Positions 39,627 to 48,691 of a DNA stretch of 64,000 nt are shown in pieces. Source of the stretch: Nibricoccus sp. (GTDB lineage: Bacteria > Verrucomicrobiota > Verrucomicrobiia > Opitutales > Opitutaceae); contig JASGHG010000001.1 in the NCBI GenBank assembly GCA_047602425.1, positions 448,001-512,000 of the forward strand, given 5' to 3'. The translations under genes and the position numbers were made by a program. The notes under the pieces are model-generated. The model was given only the letters and a program-made list of their open reading frames with translations, did no database searches and was not told the origin of the DNA. Position 1 is the stretch's first letter. Every line of letters starts with the position of its first letter.

Positions 39627-41008
39627 TGCAATACGACCTCCTCGTCCTCGGTGCCGGCAGCGCCGGCTTCAACGCGGCTCGCCTCGCCCACAGTCTCGGC
39701 AAACGCGTCGCTCTCGTCGACGGCGCGCGCCAACTCGGCGGCCTCTGCATTCTCCGCGGCTGCATGCCTTCGAAAACGCTCCTCTACATGGCCGAGGTAC
39801 TCCATCTCGCGCAAAAAGGTAAAACTTTCGGCCTCAAAATTCCCCGTGCCACTGCCGATATGAAGGCGATTCACGCGCGCAAAAAAGCCATCATCGCCGA
39901 TTTCGCCTCCTATCGCGAAAAAGCCCTCGATTCCAACAAATGGGATCTCTTCCGCAGCCATGCCCGTTTCGTCGACCCCCACACAGTGGAACTTGTCGAT
40001 GGCAAAAGACTGTCTGCAAAAAAAATCCTCATCGCAACGGGTTCTCGTGTCGCCACGCCGCCTCTTCCCGGCCTGGCCGAAACACCTGCTTGGACCAGCG
40101 ATGACGTACTTGACCTCGATTTTATTCCAAAAAGCGTAATCGTGCTCGGTGGTGGCATCGTCGCCTGTGAACTCGCGCAGTTCCTCAATCGCATCGGCAG
40201 TCGCGTCACTCTCATTCAACGCAGTCCCAATATTCTTCGCGATCACTCGTCCCAGGCCAGCGAGGTTGTGCAACAGGCGTTTCGTGACGAGGGCATCGAA
40301 TTATTCACCGATACGAAAATCGAAAAAATCTCCGGCGATAATAAATCCGTCTCCGTTCGCTTTGCCACTGGGGGGAAAACCATTACCCGCCGGGCCGCGC
40401 ATCTTTTCAATGCCCTTGGTCGCGAACCCGACACCGCGGCGCTCGATCTGGCGGCGGCCGGGGTGAAAACGAGCCCATCGGGACGTGTCGCAACGAACCG
40501 TTTTCAACGCACCAACGTCCCGCACATCTACGCCGCCGGCGATGTCGCGGGCCCGTATGACATTGTTCACCTGGCTATTGCCCAAGGTGAACTCGCCGTG
40601 CGCCATGCCTTCGGCTCCAAAGGCGCTAAACCGATCGACAATCGTCTTGTGCTCAATGTCGTTTTCACCGATCCCCAACTCGCCACCATCGGTTATCTCG
40701 AAAGTGACCTGCGCGAAAAAAAGGTGCCGTATTTGTCCGCTGAATACCCTTTCAACGATCACGGCAAATCAATCCTCATGGATGCCAACTACGGCTATGT
40801 GAAGGTCCTGGCCGATCCGAAAAGCGGCAGAATTCTCGGAGCCGAAATTGTCGGAAAGGACGCCGGCGAACTCATCCATTGCTTCAGCGGTCCGCTCGCG
40901 ATGCGAGCCACGGTTTTTGATCTGCTCAAGGCGCCGTGGTATCATCCGACGCTCGCCGAGATCATCACCTATCCGCTCGAAGAAATCGCCGACGCGATCA
41001 AAAACTAA
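39626..41008 (+). CDS. Class I pyridine nucleotide-disulfide oxidoreductase (Lpd/MerA-like)
   Basis: GAGSAG, GGLCILRGCMPSK, GGGIVACE, YAAGD, HPTLAE. Confidence 0.9.
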   Translation: MQYDLLVLGAGSAGFNAARLAHSLGKRVALVDGARQLGGLCILRGCMPSKTLLYMAEVLHLAQKGKTFGLKIPRATADMKAIHARKKAIIADFASYREKALDSNKWDLFRSHARFVDPHTVELVDGKRLSAKKILIATGSRVATPPLPGLAETPAWTSDDVLDLDFIPKSVIVLGGGIVACELAQFLNRIGSRVTLIQRSPNILRDHSSQASEVVQQAFRDEGIELFTDTKIEKISGDNKSVSVRFATGGKTITRRAAHLFNALGREPDTAALDLAAAGVKTSPSGRVATNRFQRTNVPHIYAAGDVAGPYDIVHLAIAQGELAVRHAFGSKGAKPIDNRLVLNVVFTDPQLATIGYLESDLREKKVPYLSAEYPFNDHGKSILMDANYGYVKVLADPKSGRILGAEIVGKDAGELIHCFSGPLAMRATVFDLLKAPWYHPTLAEIITYPLEEIADAIKN

Positions 41009-41030
41009 AACCACGTCCCATCTCCTTATC

Positions 41031-41064
41031 GAAAAAAGGCCGGCTCTTCGCCGGCCTTTTTTTC
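41031..41064. terminator. Bidirectional intrinsic terminator
   Basis: GAAAAAAGGCCGGC-TCTTC-GCCGGCCTTTTTTTC between convergent genes. Confidence 0.88.
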
Positions 41065-41095
41065 GTTTCTCAATTTTCCGCATACCGCGCCCGGC

Positions 41096-42340
41096 TCATC
41101 CAAGTTGGAAGTACGAATACAACGCCCCCGCTCCAAGCCCGGCCCCGACGCTCAATCGCAGGATTGAAGTAACGTTGAAGCGCATCCAAGGAGCAAGCAA
41201 CGGAACGAGAAAGACCATCGTCATTCCCACATATCGACTGGAAAAAAGCGCCGTCACTGCGCCGCAAGCCAGGCATAGTCCAAGAGTACTGCCCGCGTAA
41301 CCCCAGAACCGGCGGCTGCGGTTGCGCCAGGCTTCAAGCAAAGTCGCCAGAGGAAACGCGACACCTGCCGCGACAAACAGCAGGGTGCCTGTCGCTTCAA
41401 GCAGGTGCATAAGCACCGGCATGCCGGTCAGTTTTTGCACCGAAGTCAGCATCGTGAAGTGAATGACCGAAAGCCACAAATTGATCGCTCCCGCCACCGT
41501 TGCAGCCGGCAGAATAATTTTCCAACGCACAAGATAATAACCAGGTGCAAGGAACAATGTCATCACCCCGACATAAGCCAGGGCATAGAACACGTGCGCG
41601 AAATTGAAACCTCCGTCGCCCATGTAAGCGAGTTTGGGCGGCAACAGTCCGCCCCACACCCACACCAGCCCGACTAGCGGTACCAACCCAATCGCGACCG
41701 CTGCCAGCGCTAAAAAAAATCGCCGCCTGTCGCCTGCCGCCAGCAGCGCCATGCCGGGCAGCGCGGCCAGGTAGGTCTGGCGCCCCATTGTCGCTACCGC
41801 CACGCCCAAAATCAGAACCAGCGCCATGCGCCAATCTGCCTCTTTTTCTTCGCCTAGTCGCAGCGCAGCCCAACACGCGATGGCCGCACCGCACTGCGCC
41901 GGCATCTCAGTCAATGCAAGGCCGGACAAAACCCAAGTGGTCGGCATCGCCAGTGTCGTGAGCGCACAGGCCCAAAAATTACTTTGGCCCAAACGTCGCA
42001 GCTGGGACACGATCAGCAAAATCGACGCCGCTAGCAGCACCAGGTTTGGCACCCTAAACCAAGGCGTTGGCCATGCACCTTGCCCCAGGGCGAGCGCGTA
42101 GTGCATGAGCGCATACAAGGGTCCGGTGGCGCTGGTGTCGTTTTCCACCAGCCAGTTGCGGAAAGAGCCCGGCTGCGCGAGGGCAAATGCCCGTGAAAGG
42201 TGCAACCCTTCGTCAAAAAATGGCGGTCGTGAACGCGTCAGCACAAACACGCAAAGCGCGATGTAGGCCGTGCATGCAACCAACACCCAGAGCCAAGGCT
42301 GTTCTATCGCAGACCTGGGTTTTGCCGTCTGCGTTTCCAT
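41096..42340 (-). CDS. Multi-pass membrane protein, putative GT-C (PMT/ArnT-like) glycosyltransferase
   Basis: ATG 42340 just after the hisA stop. First TM is followed by FFDEGLH and GPLY, then many TM segments. Confidence 0.65.
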   Translation of the reverse strand: METQTAKPRSAIEQPWLWVLVACTAYIALCVFVLTRSRPPFFDEGLHLSRAFALAQPGSFRNWLVENDTSATGPLYALMHYALALGQGAWPTPWFRVPNLVLLAASILLIVSQLRRLGQSNFWACALTTLAMPTTWVLSGLALTEMPAQCGAAIACWAALRLGEEKEADWRMALVLILGVAVATMGRQTYLAALPGMALLAAGDRRRFFLALAAVAIGLVPLVGLVWVWGGLLPPKLAYMGDGGFNFAHVFYALAYVGVMTLFLAPGYYLVRWKIILPAATVAGAINLWLSVIHFTMLTSVQKLTGMPVLMHLLEATGTLLFVAAGVAFPLATLLEAWRNRSRRFWGYAGSTLGLCLACGAVTALFSSRYVGMTMVFLVPLLAPWMRFNVTSILRLSVGAGLGAGALYSYFQLG

Positions 42341-42342
42341 GC

Positions 42343-43065
42343 TTAGGTCAGTGCCAGTGCCTCGGCTAGGTTCACGCGTTTTTCGTAGATCGCTTTGCCG
42401 ATGATCACGCCGTCGAGATTGGAATATTTTTTGGCGAGCGCGTTGATCGCACCGACGTCGCCTTGCACCGAAATACCGCCTGAGGCGATGACGTTGCACT
42501 TGACCGTCTTCAGCATTGCTTCCTGCGCCGCGATATTCGGGCCCGTCAGCATGCCGTCGGTGCTGATATCCGTATAAATCAACGTGCGAACGCCGAGTTG
42601 ATCCATGCGTTGCGCCATGCCGAGCGCGGTCGTGGCCGTTGTGTCGACCCAACCCTTAACGGCCACCATGCCGTTCTTCGCGTCGATTCCGACCGCGACC
42701 CGGGCGCCGTAAATTTTCACGAGTTCGCTCACGAAGGCCTCGCTCTCCGCGGCACGTGTTCCGATAACCACACGTGATACACCAAGGCCCAGAGCCCGGT
42801 CCACCGCGATGCGGTCGCGCAAACCGCCACCTAACTCGATCTTCAGGCCCAGCGCCGCGATAGCCCGGACCGCGTTGAGATTCTTCGACTCGCCCGCAAA
42901 CGCACCATCGAGATCGACCACGTGCACCCATTGCGCACCGGCTTGTTTGAATTGGGCCGCCACGTCGGCGGGATTTTCCGCGTAAACCGTTTCCTGGTCG
43001 GCACGACCTTGGGTCAACCGGACACAGCGGCCACCTTTGATATCAATAGCTGGATAAATCGTCAT
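42343..43065 (-). CDS. hisA: ProFAR isomerase
   Basis: IYPAIDIKGGRCVRLTQG, HVVDLDGA, GGGLR, TDISTDGMLTGPN. Confidence 0.96.
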   Translation of the reverse strand: MTIYPAIDIKGGRCVRLTQGRADQETVYAENPADVAAQFKQAGAQWVHVVDLDGAFAGESKNLNAVRAIAALGLKIELGGGLRDRIAVDRALGLGVSRVVIGTRAAESEAFVSELVKIYGARVAVGIDAKNGMVAVKGWVDTTATTALGMAQRMDQLGVRTLIYTDISTDGMLTGPNIAAQEAMLKTVKCNVIASGGISVQGDVGAINALAKKYSNLDGVIIGKAIYEKRVNLAEALALT

Positions 43066-43163
43066 GGAGGCGTGCATTGGCACATGCCTTGAGCCGGAGC
43101 GCAAAGAAATTTCCGCGCAAAAATCAGCTTTGCGAAACTGCGTCTTTTCACGAGATTAGGTGC

Positions 43164-44231
43164 ATGTCTAAACACGAAGCACCCGCTTTTCTCGCCGATT
43201 TGCTCCACGCCCGCTCGCCTTCAGGCTACGAATTCGAGGCACAAGAGGTCTTTGACCGCCATGTTAAATCTTCCGCCGATACCTACGAAAAAGACGCCCT
43301 CGGCAACCGCCTCGCCACGCTTAATCCGAAGGGCGATCCCGTGCTCATGTTCGCCGGTCATATGGACGAACTTGGTCTCATCATCACTTTCATCAACAAA
43401 GATGGCTATCTCTACTTTGATACCATCGGTGGTCACGACCGCGTGATGATCCCCGGTCGCCGCGTCATCATCCGCACCGCCAATGGTCCAGTCAAAGGAG
43501 TCACCGGCAAACGTGCGATCCATCTCATGGACGAAAGCGATCGCAAAAAAGTCCCCGAGATTCACGAAATCTGGATCGATATCGGCGCCAGTTCCAAAAA
43601 AGACGCCCTCAAGCGCGTCGCGATCGGCGATGTCGTCACTTACGATCACGAATTCGAATTCATCCACGGCACCATCGGCACCGCACGCGCGTTCGACAAC
43701 AAAGTTGGCGCCTACGTTGTCGGTGAATCATTGGTTCGCCTCTCCGAACAAAAGAAAAAGCTCAATGCCCGCGTCACCTCCGTCGCCACCACGCAGGAGG
43801 AAATCGGTGTGCGCGGCGCCACGACCGCCGTCTATTCGGTCAACCCGCACATCGCCATCGCGGTCGACGTCGGTCATGCAACCGATCATCCCGATTGCGA
43901 CAATCGCAAGTATGGCGAAACCAAACTTGGCGGCGGCCCGATCATTTGCCGCGGTGCCAACGTAAACCCGAAAATCTACGAGCGCCTGGTTGCCTGCGCG
44001 GAAAAATTAAAAATTCCCCACCAATTCGAAGCCGATCCACGTCCCACCGGCACGGACGCGCGCGCGCTTCAGATGGGCCGCGCCGGCGTCGCCACCGGAC
44101 TCGTGTCGATCCCGCTTCGCTACATGCATACGCCGAGCGAAGTCGTCGACCTGCAAGACGTGGAAAACTGCGTGCGTCTTTTCGTCGAATTCGCCCTTTC
44201 GCTCAAAAAAGGCGACTACGCCCACTGGTAG
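43164..44231 (+). CDS. M42 family metallo-aminopeptidase
   Basis: GHMDE, FDNK, QEEIG, DVGH, RYMH. Confidence 0.92.
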   Translation: MSKHEAPAFLADLLHARSPSGYEFEAQEVFDRHVKSSADTYEKDALGNRLATLNPKGDPVLMFAGHMDELGLIITFINKDGYLYFDTIGGHDRVMIPGRRVIIRTANGPVKGVTGKRAIHLMDESDRKKVPEIHEIWIDIGASSKKDALKRVAIGDVVTYDHEFEFIHGTIGTARAFDNKVGAYVVGESLVRLSEQKKKLNARVTSVATTQEEIGVRGATTAVYSVNPHIAIAVDVGHATDHPDCDNRKYGETKLGGGPIICRGANVNPKIYERLVACAEKLKIPHQFEADPRPTGTDARALQMGRAGVATGLVSIPLRYMHTPSEVVDLQDVENCVRLFVEFALSLKKGDYAHW

Positions 44232-44249
44232 AGCCGAGGTTTTCGATCC

Positions 44250-44374
44250 TTTTACAGAAGAGAACAAAGGTAACGAAGCGAGGCAGGTTCTCTCGCGTCG
44301 TGTTTCCAAGAAGGCTTGAAAGCTGGCCGTCGAAAACCAGCGACGCTTCGTTCCCTCTGTTGCCTTCTGTTAAA
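44250..44374. repeat. Imperfect 31-bp inverted repeat element (26/31 identical)
   Basis: 44250-44280 TTTTACAGAAGAGAACAAAGGTAACGAAGCG versus the reverse complement of 44344-44374, TTTAACAGAAGGCAACAGAGGGAACGAAGCG. Confidence 0.8.
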
Positions 44375-45299
44375 TGGTTTTGGATTGAAATAAATCCTGG
44401 GAGTAACCATCCGCCGCAGCTACAATCTTGTGCTCCGGCAGCTGCGTACGAAACCAAGTGCGCTGCTTTTTAACGAGCGCCCGCGTGTTCTGCACAATTG
44501 CGGTCCGCAACTCATCGCGGCGCAGTTTGCCTTCCAGGAAATCGATCGTCTCCCGATATCCGATGGCCTTGGCCGCGCTCGGATTGGTCTTCAATCCGGC
44601 CGGGAGCAGTTGCTCCACTTCGCCCACCAGTCCGGCGTCCAGCATGGCGTCAACACGCCGAGCGATTCTTCGCTCAAGGTCTTCCGGCGTACGCTCAAGC
44701 CGAACCAATTGCACAGCCCAATCCGCAAAGGGTCCGCGCTGACGTGCGAAATCCGCCGCCAGTTCCGCGAGGGTTTTTCCTGAGGCTCGGCACCGTTCCA
44801 ATGCACGTACGACCCGTCGCGGATTCGCAGTGTCGAGCGATCCAAGGCCAGCCGGATTTAACCGTTCCAAAGCCACCAGCAACCCGGGCAATCCGTCCTT
44901 TTTAAATTGCGCATCGATTTCTTCGCGCAATTCCGGCGAAACGGCGACGTCGTCCGCCACCGGACCGAAAAACGCCTTCAAATAAAAACCGCTGCCACCT
45001 GTCACCAACACGCGACGGCCGCGCGCAGCGATTTCCTTCACCGCCGTCTGCGCGCGACTCACATATTCAGTAATGTCCATTCGCTCCGTCACCGCACAAA
45101 CATCGATCAAGTGATGCGGTACGCGCGCGAGTTCATCACGCGTCGGTTTCGCCGTTCCAATGTCCATTCCGCGATAAAACAAAAGCGAATCACAAGAAAT
45201 GATCTCGGCGTTGCTTTCCTCGGCCCAGCGCAGCGCCCATTCCGTTTTGCCAACGGCGGTGCATCCGGTAAGAACGAAGATTCGGCCAACGTTATCCAT
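44370..45299 (-). CDS. miaA: tRNA dimethylallyltransferase
   Basis: GCTAVGKT, DSLLFYRGMDIGTAKP, TGGSGFY, AIGYRE, KKQRTWF. The start may be 45311. Confidence 0.95.
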   Translation of the reverse strand: MDNVGRIFVLTGCTAVGKTEWALRWAEESNAEIISCDSLLFYRGMDIGTAKPTRDELARVPHHLIDVCAVTERMDITEYVSRAQTAVKEIAARGRRVLVTGGSGFYLKAFFGPVADDVAVSPELREEIDAQFKKDGLPGLLVALERLNPAGLGSLDTANPRRVVRALERCRASGKTLAELAADFARQRGPFADWAVQLVRLERTPEDLERRIARRVDAMLDAGLVGEVEQLLPAGLKTNPSAAKAIGYRETIDFLEGKLRRDELRTAIVQNTRALVKKQRTWFRTQLPEHKIVAAADGYSQDLFQSKTI

Positions 45300-45482
45300 T
45301 TTCGCCAACATCCAGCGTCAGCCCGCGCGTTCCGGCAAGCGGTATTGTTGGCCGCGGTTCGTGCGGGATGGCGCCTCGGACTTGTTACAGTTGAGCAACT
45401 TCATCTCTCGGCGCCCTTTTTTCTTTGCCGCCCCTGCGCAAATCACCCAGCTCAGAAGCGCAACCTTCCGCAACCTACCACG

Positions 45483-46634
45483 TTGAAACTCGCGCTCGTC
45501 ACCGAAACGTTCCCTCCGGAAATCAATGGCGTCGCCATGACGTTGAGCCATCTGGCCGAGGGCTTGTGCGAGCGGGGGAATTCCGTGTGTATCGTGCGGC
45601 CGCGCCAGCCAACGGATGAGACGTCCGCGCTGGTCCGCCTCCATACCGAACTACTCTGTCCCGGTTTGCCCATTCCCGGTTATCCCTCCATGCGGATCGG
45701 TTTTCCCGTGCGGCAGCGGTTGCTGCATGCCTGGCGCGTCAACCGGCCCGACGTCGTACACGTTGCCACCGAAGGCCCGCTCGGATGGGCCGCACTGTCG
45801 GCCGCGCAAAAACTCGGCCTTCCGGTCGCCTCCAGCTTTCATACCAATTTCCACAGTTATGGCCGCCACTACGGCTTCGGCTTTCTCGCCCGCCCCGCGC
45901 TCGCCTACCTGCGCTGGTTTCACAACCGCACGCTTCTCACGCTTTCCCCAACCGTCGAGTTGAACCAACAACTCGCCGCCGCAGGTTTCAAAAACATGCG
46001 CTTGCTTTCACGCGGGGTGGACACCCGCGTCTTTTCCCCGTCTCACCGCGACGCCGGGTTGCGGGCCGAGTGGGGAGTTGGGCCGGAGGATCTCGCCGTG
46101 GTGCACGTCAGTCGCGTCGCGGCCGAAAAGAATTTTCCCCTGCTCCTTCGTGCTTTCAAAACCATTCGCCAGAATCAACCTTCGGCGAAATTTGTGATCA
46201 CCAGCGACGGCCCGCTCCGGCGCAAACTGGAGCGCTGTCATCCTTGGATTCGGTTTACCGGCAGCCTGCCGCGCGAGCAACTCGCACGCCATTACGCCTC
46301 GGCCGACCTGTTTCTTTATCCCAGTTTGACCGAAACTTTTGGCAACGTCGTGATCGAGGCCATGGCCAGCGGCCTGCCCGTTCTTGCCTTCCACTACGCC
46401 GCCGCCGCGCGGTTCATTCGCAATGGCGAAAATGGCGTCACGGTTCCCCTTGGCCGGCCTGACGATTTCATTTCCGCCGCGCTAAAACTCGCTTCCGACC
46501 GCGCACAACGCCAGTATTTCAGTAAAGCCGCACGTGAAACCGCCGAAACCATTCCTTGGAGCCGGGTCGTCGACGGCTTCGAAGCCGATCTCGTCACGCT
46601 CATTGCCGCGCCCGCCATTTTAACCAAACCATGA
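45483..46634 (+). CDS. GT4 glycosyltransferase, putative diacylglycerol glycosyltransferase (Agt-like)
   Basis: KLALVTETFPPEINGVA, HVATEGPLG, FHTNF, ETFGNVVIEAMASG. TTG start inferred. Confidence 0.85.
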   Translation: MKLALVTETFPPEINGVAMTLSHLAEGLCERGNSVCIVRPRQPTDETSALVRLHTELLCPGLPIPGYPSMRIGFPVRQRLLHAWRVNRPDVVHVATEGPLGWAALSAAQKLGLPVASSFHTNFHSYGRHYGFGFLARPALAYLRWFHNRTLLTLSPTVELNQQLAAAGFKNMRLLSRGVDTRVFSPSHRDAGLRAEWGVGPEDLAVVHVSRVAAEKNFPLLLRAFKTIRQNQPSAKFVITSDGPLRRKLERCHPWIRFTGSLPREQLARHYASADLFLYPSLTETFGNVVIEAMASGLPVLAFHYAAAARFIRNGENGVTVPLGRPDDFISAALKLASDRAQRQYFSKAARETAETIPWSRVVDGFEADLVTLIAAPAILTKP

Positions 46635-47536
46635 TCAAGGACCACAAATCCTGCTTCATCTACAACCCGCACTCGGGCCACAACGCTCGCAATCCTCACC
46701 TGCTTGAGCGCGCCCACACCTTCATTGCCCAGCACCGTCTCAACGCCTCCCTCGTTCACACCACCCACCCACGCCACGCCTGCGATCTCGCCAGGAAAGC
46801 GATTGACGATGGTTGCGGCATCGTGGTGGCCATCGGCGGCGATGGCACGATGAACGAAGTCGCCTCGGCCCTCGTCGGCACCGAAACCTTGCTGGGCCTT
46901 ATCCCTTGCGGCTCAGGCAACGGACTTGGCCGCCATCTTGGCATTCCGGGACCGGGAAAAGGCGCTTTCCGCACGTTGCTCGATGGAAAACCACGCGCCA
47001 TCGACACAGGCACAGCCAATGGCTTTCCGTTCTTCAACGCCATGGGCCTCGGGTTCGATGCCGAGCTCAGCCACCGTTTCAACAAGCTCTCCCGCCGCGG
47101 CCTCGAAGCCTACGCCCGCACTGCTGTCAGCGCATTTTTTCGCTTCCGCCCCCAAGTGTGCACCATTCGCAACGGCGAGGAAGTGCTCCAGACTTCGGCG
47201 TTCATTATTTCCATCGCCAACTCCGATCAATACGGCAACGACTGCTTTATCGCGCCCGGAGCACAGGTCGACGATGGCAAGCTCGACGTCACGGTTCTTA
47301 AAAAAGTCGATTTCTTCAACGCCTTCCCTCTCGCATTGCGCCTCTTCACCCGATCGATCGGCGGCAGCCCCAGCGTTCGCCGCTTCTCCGGTCAGCATTT
47401 TGTCATCGAACGTCCCGGCCCGGGCCTCGTTCATACCGATGGCGAAACGGTTGAAACCGGCGACACCATTGAAATCGCGGTGCGGCCCCGCAGCTTGCGC
47501 ATCCTCGTTCCCCAAAACCACAACCAATCGCCATAG
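46631..47536 (+). CDS. Diacylglycerol/lipid kinase family protein (YegS/DgkB-like)
   Basis: IYNPHSG, GGDGT, PCGSGNG, GFDA, DDGKLD, HTDGE. Confidence 0.92.
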   Translation: MIKDHKSCFIYNPHSGHNARNPHLLERAHTFIAQHRLNASLVHTTHPRHACDLARKAIDDGCGIVVAIGGDGTMNEVASALVGTETLLGLIPCGSGNGLGRHLGIPGPGKGAFRTLLDGKPRAIDTGTANGFPFFNAMGLGFDAELSHRFNKLSRRGLEAYARTAVSAFFRFRPQVCTIRNGEEVLQTSAFIISIANSDQYGNDCFIAPGAQVDDGKLDVTVLKKVDFFNAFPLALRLFTRSIGGSPSVRRFSGQHFVIERPGPGLVHTDGETVETGDTIEIAVRPRSLRILVPQNHNQSP

Positions 47537-47603
47537 GTGACGTTCTTGTGACGAAATTGCCAAATTTCTGGTCACGTCAGTCATCGCTGTTAGCCTGACC
47601 GCC

Positions 47604-48428
47604 ATGGAGCCCAAGCCGCTCAAATACAAAACCATCGTTATTTCCGACGTCCACCTCGGCTCGTACGATTGCAAGATCCGCGAGGTGAATCATTTTCTGA
47701 AGCATACGCATTGCGAACGGCTCATTCTCAATGGCGACATCATCGACGCGTGGAAACTCAAGCAGACGGGTTATTGGCCCAAAAGCCACACCCGCTTCGT
47801 CCGTCTCATTCTCAAGAAACTCGAAAAAAAAGACACCGAGGTCATTTATCTTCGGGGAAATCACGATGACGTGCTCGCCAAGTTCCTTCCTGTCGCCTTC
47901 GAGAAATTCAGCATCGTCGAAGATTACATCTACGAAACCGGGCGCGGAAAATACCTCGTGTTGCACGGCGACGTTTTCGACACCATCACCAAAAATTTCG
48001 TCTTCCTCGCTTACGTTGGCGACTGGGGTTACACCCAACTCATGCGCCTCAACCGCATCTACAACAAGATTCGTGCATGGCGGGGCAAGGAATACTACTC
48101 GCTGAGCAAGGCCGTGAAAGCCCGCGTCAAACAAGCCGTCAACCACATCTCCCACTTTGAGGAACACGTCGCCAAGCTGGCCAAGAGCCGTGATTGCGTC
48201 GGCGTCATGTGCGGCCACATTCACACCGCAGCCGACCGGATGATTGGCGATGTTCACTATCTCAATTCCGGCGACTGGGTGGAATCGCTCACCGCCATCG
48301 TTGAGCACTTTGATGGGCGTTTCGAACTCATCGAGTTTTCCCAATTCTTAAAAACATATCCGCTTCCCGACGAAGTAACGGAAAACACCGTCGTCGAGGA
48401 AATGCCTCCCCTTTCTTCTCCCGCGTAA
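47604..48428 (+). CDS. Metallophosphoesterase, PlcP/LpxH2-like
   Basis: ISDVHLG, NGDIID, GNHD, HGDVFD, CGHIH, NSGDWVES. Confidence 0.88.
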   Translation: MEPKPLKYKTIVISDVHLGSYDCKIREVNHFLKHTHCERLILNGDIIDAWKLKQTGYWPKSHTRFVRLILKKLEKKDTEVIYLRGNHDDVLAKFLPVAFEKFSIVEDYIYETGRGKYLVLHGDVFDTITKNFVFLAYVGDWGYTQLMRLNRIYNKIRAWRGKEYYSLSKAVKARVKQAVNHISHFEEHVAKLAKSRDCVGVMCGHIHTAADRMIGDVHYLNSGDWVESLTAIVEHFDGRFELIEFSQFLKTYPLPDEVTENTVVEEMPPLSSPA

Positions 48429-48691
48429 GCAAACTAGTCGGTTGCCCAATTGCTCCAATGGCCCGCGCTACAACGCCATGGCGGGGGAAAAATCGGTGAA
48501 TTTTCCGCTATTTTCGGAAGCGGAATAATTCTTCGAAAGTTCTTCCCATCGGCGTGCGCCCTCCCCACTGTTTTGCCGCGTCGGTTTTCAAAGGACCCTC
48601 TCTCCCAGCAGCCCTCAGCGTTCCAGTTGGTTTAGAGTTCTTTCCCCCACTGCCGCCAGTCACCCCTCCTTCCTGAGGGGCTTCACATCTC

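Noticed and set aside
39626..41008. merA call
   Set aside because: No C-terminal Cys pair, no NmerA domain and no mer operon genes.
43077..43094. Sigma-54-like TTGGCAC-N5-TTGA upstream of the M42 gene
   Set aside because: The -12 element is GA rather than the near-invariant GC, which is insufficient on its own.
41096..46634. Extended N-termini of track ORFs 41096-42652 and 44907-46634
   Set aside because: They overlap hisA and miaA. The true starts are more plausibly 42340 and 45483.
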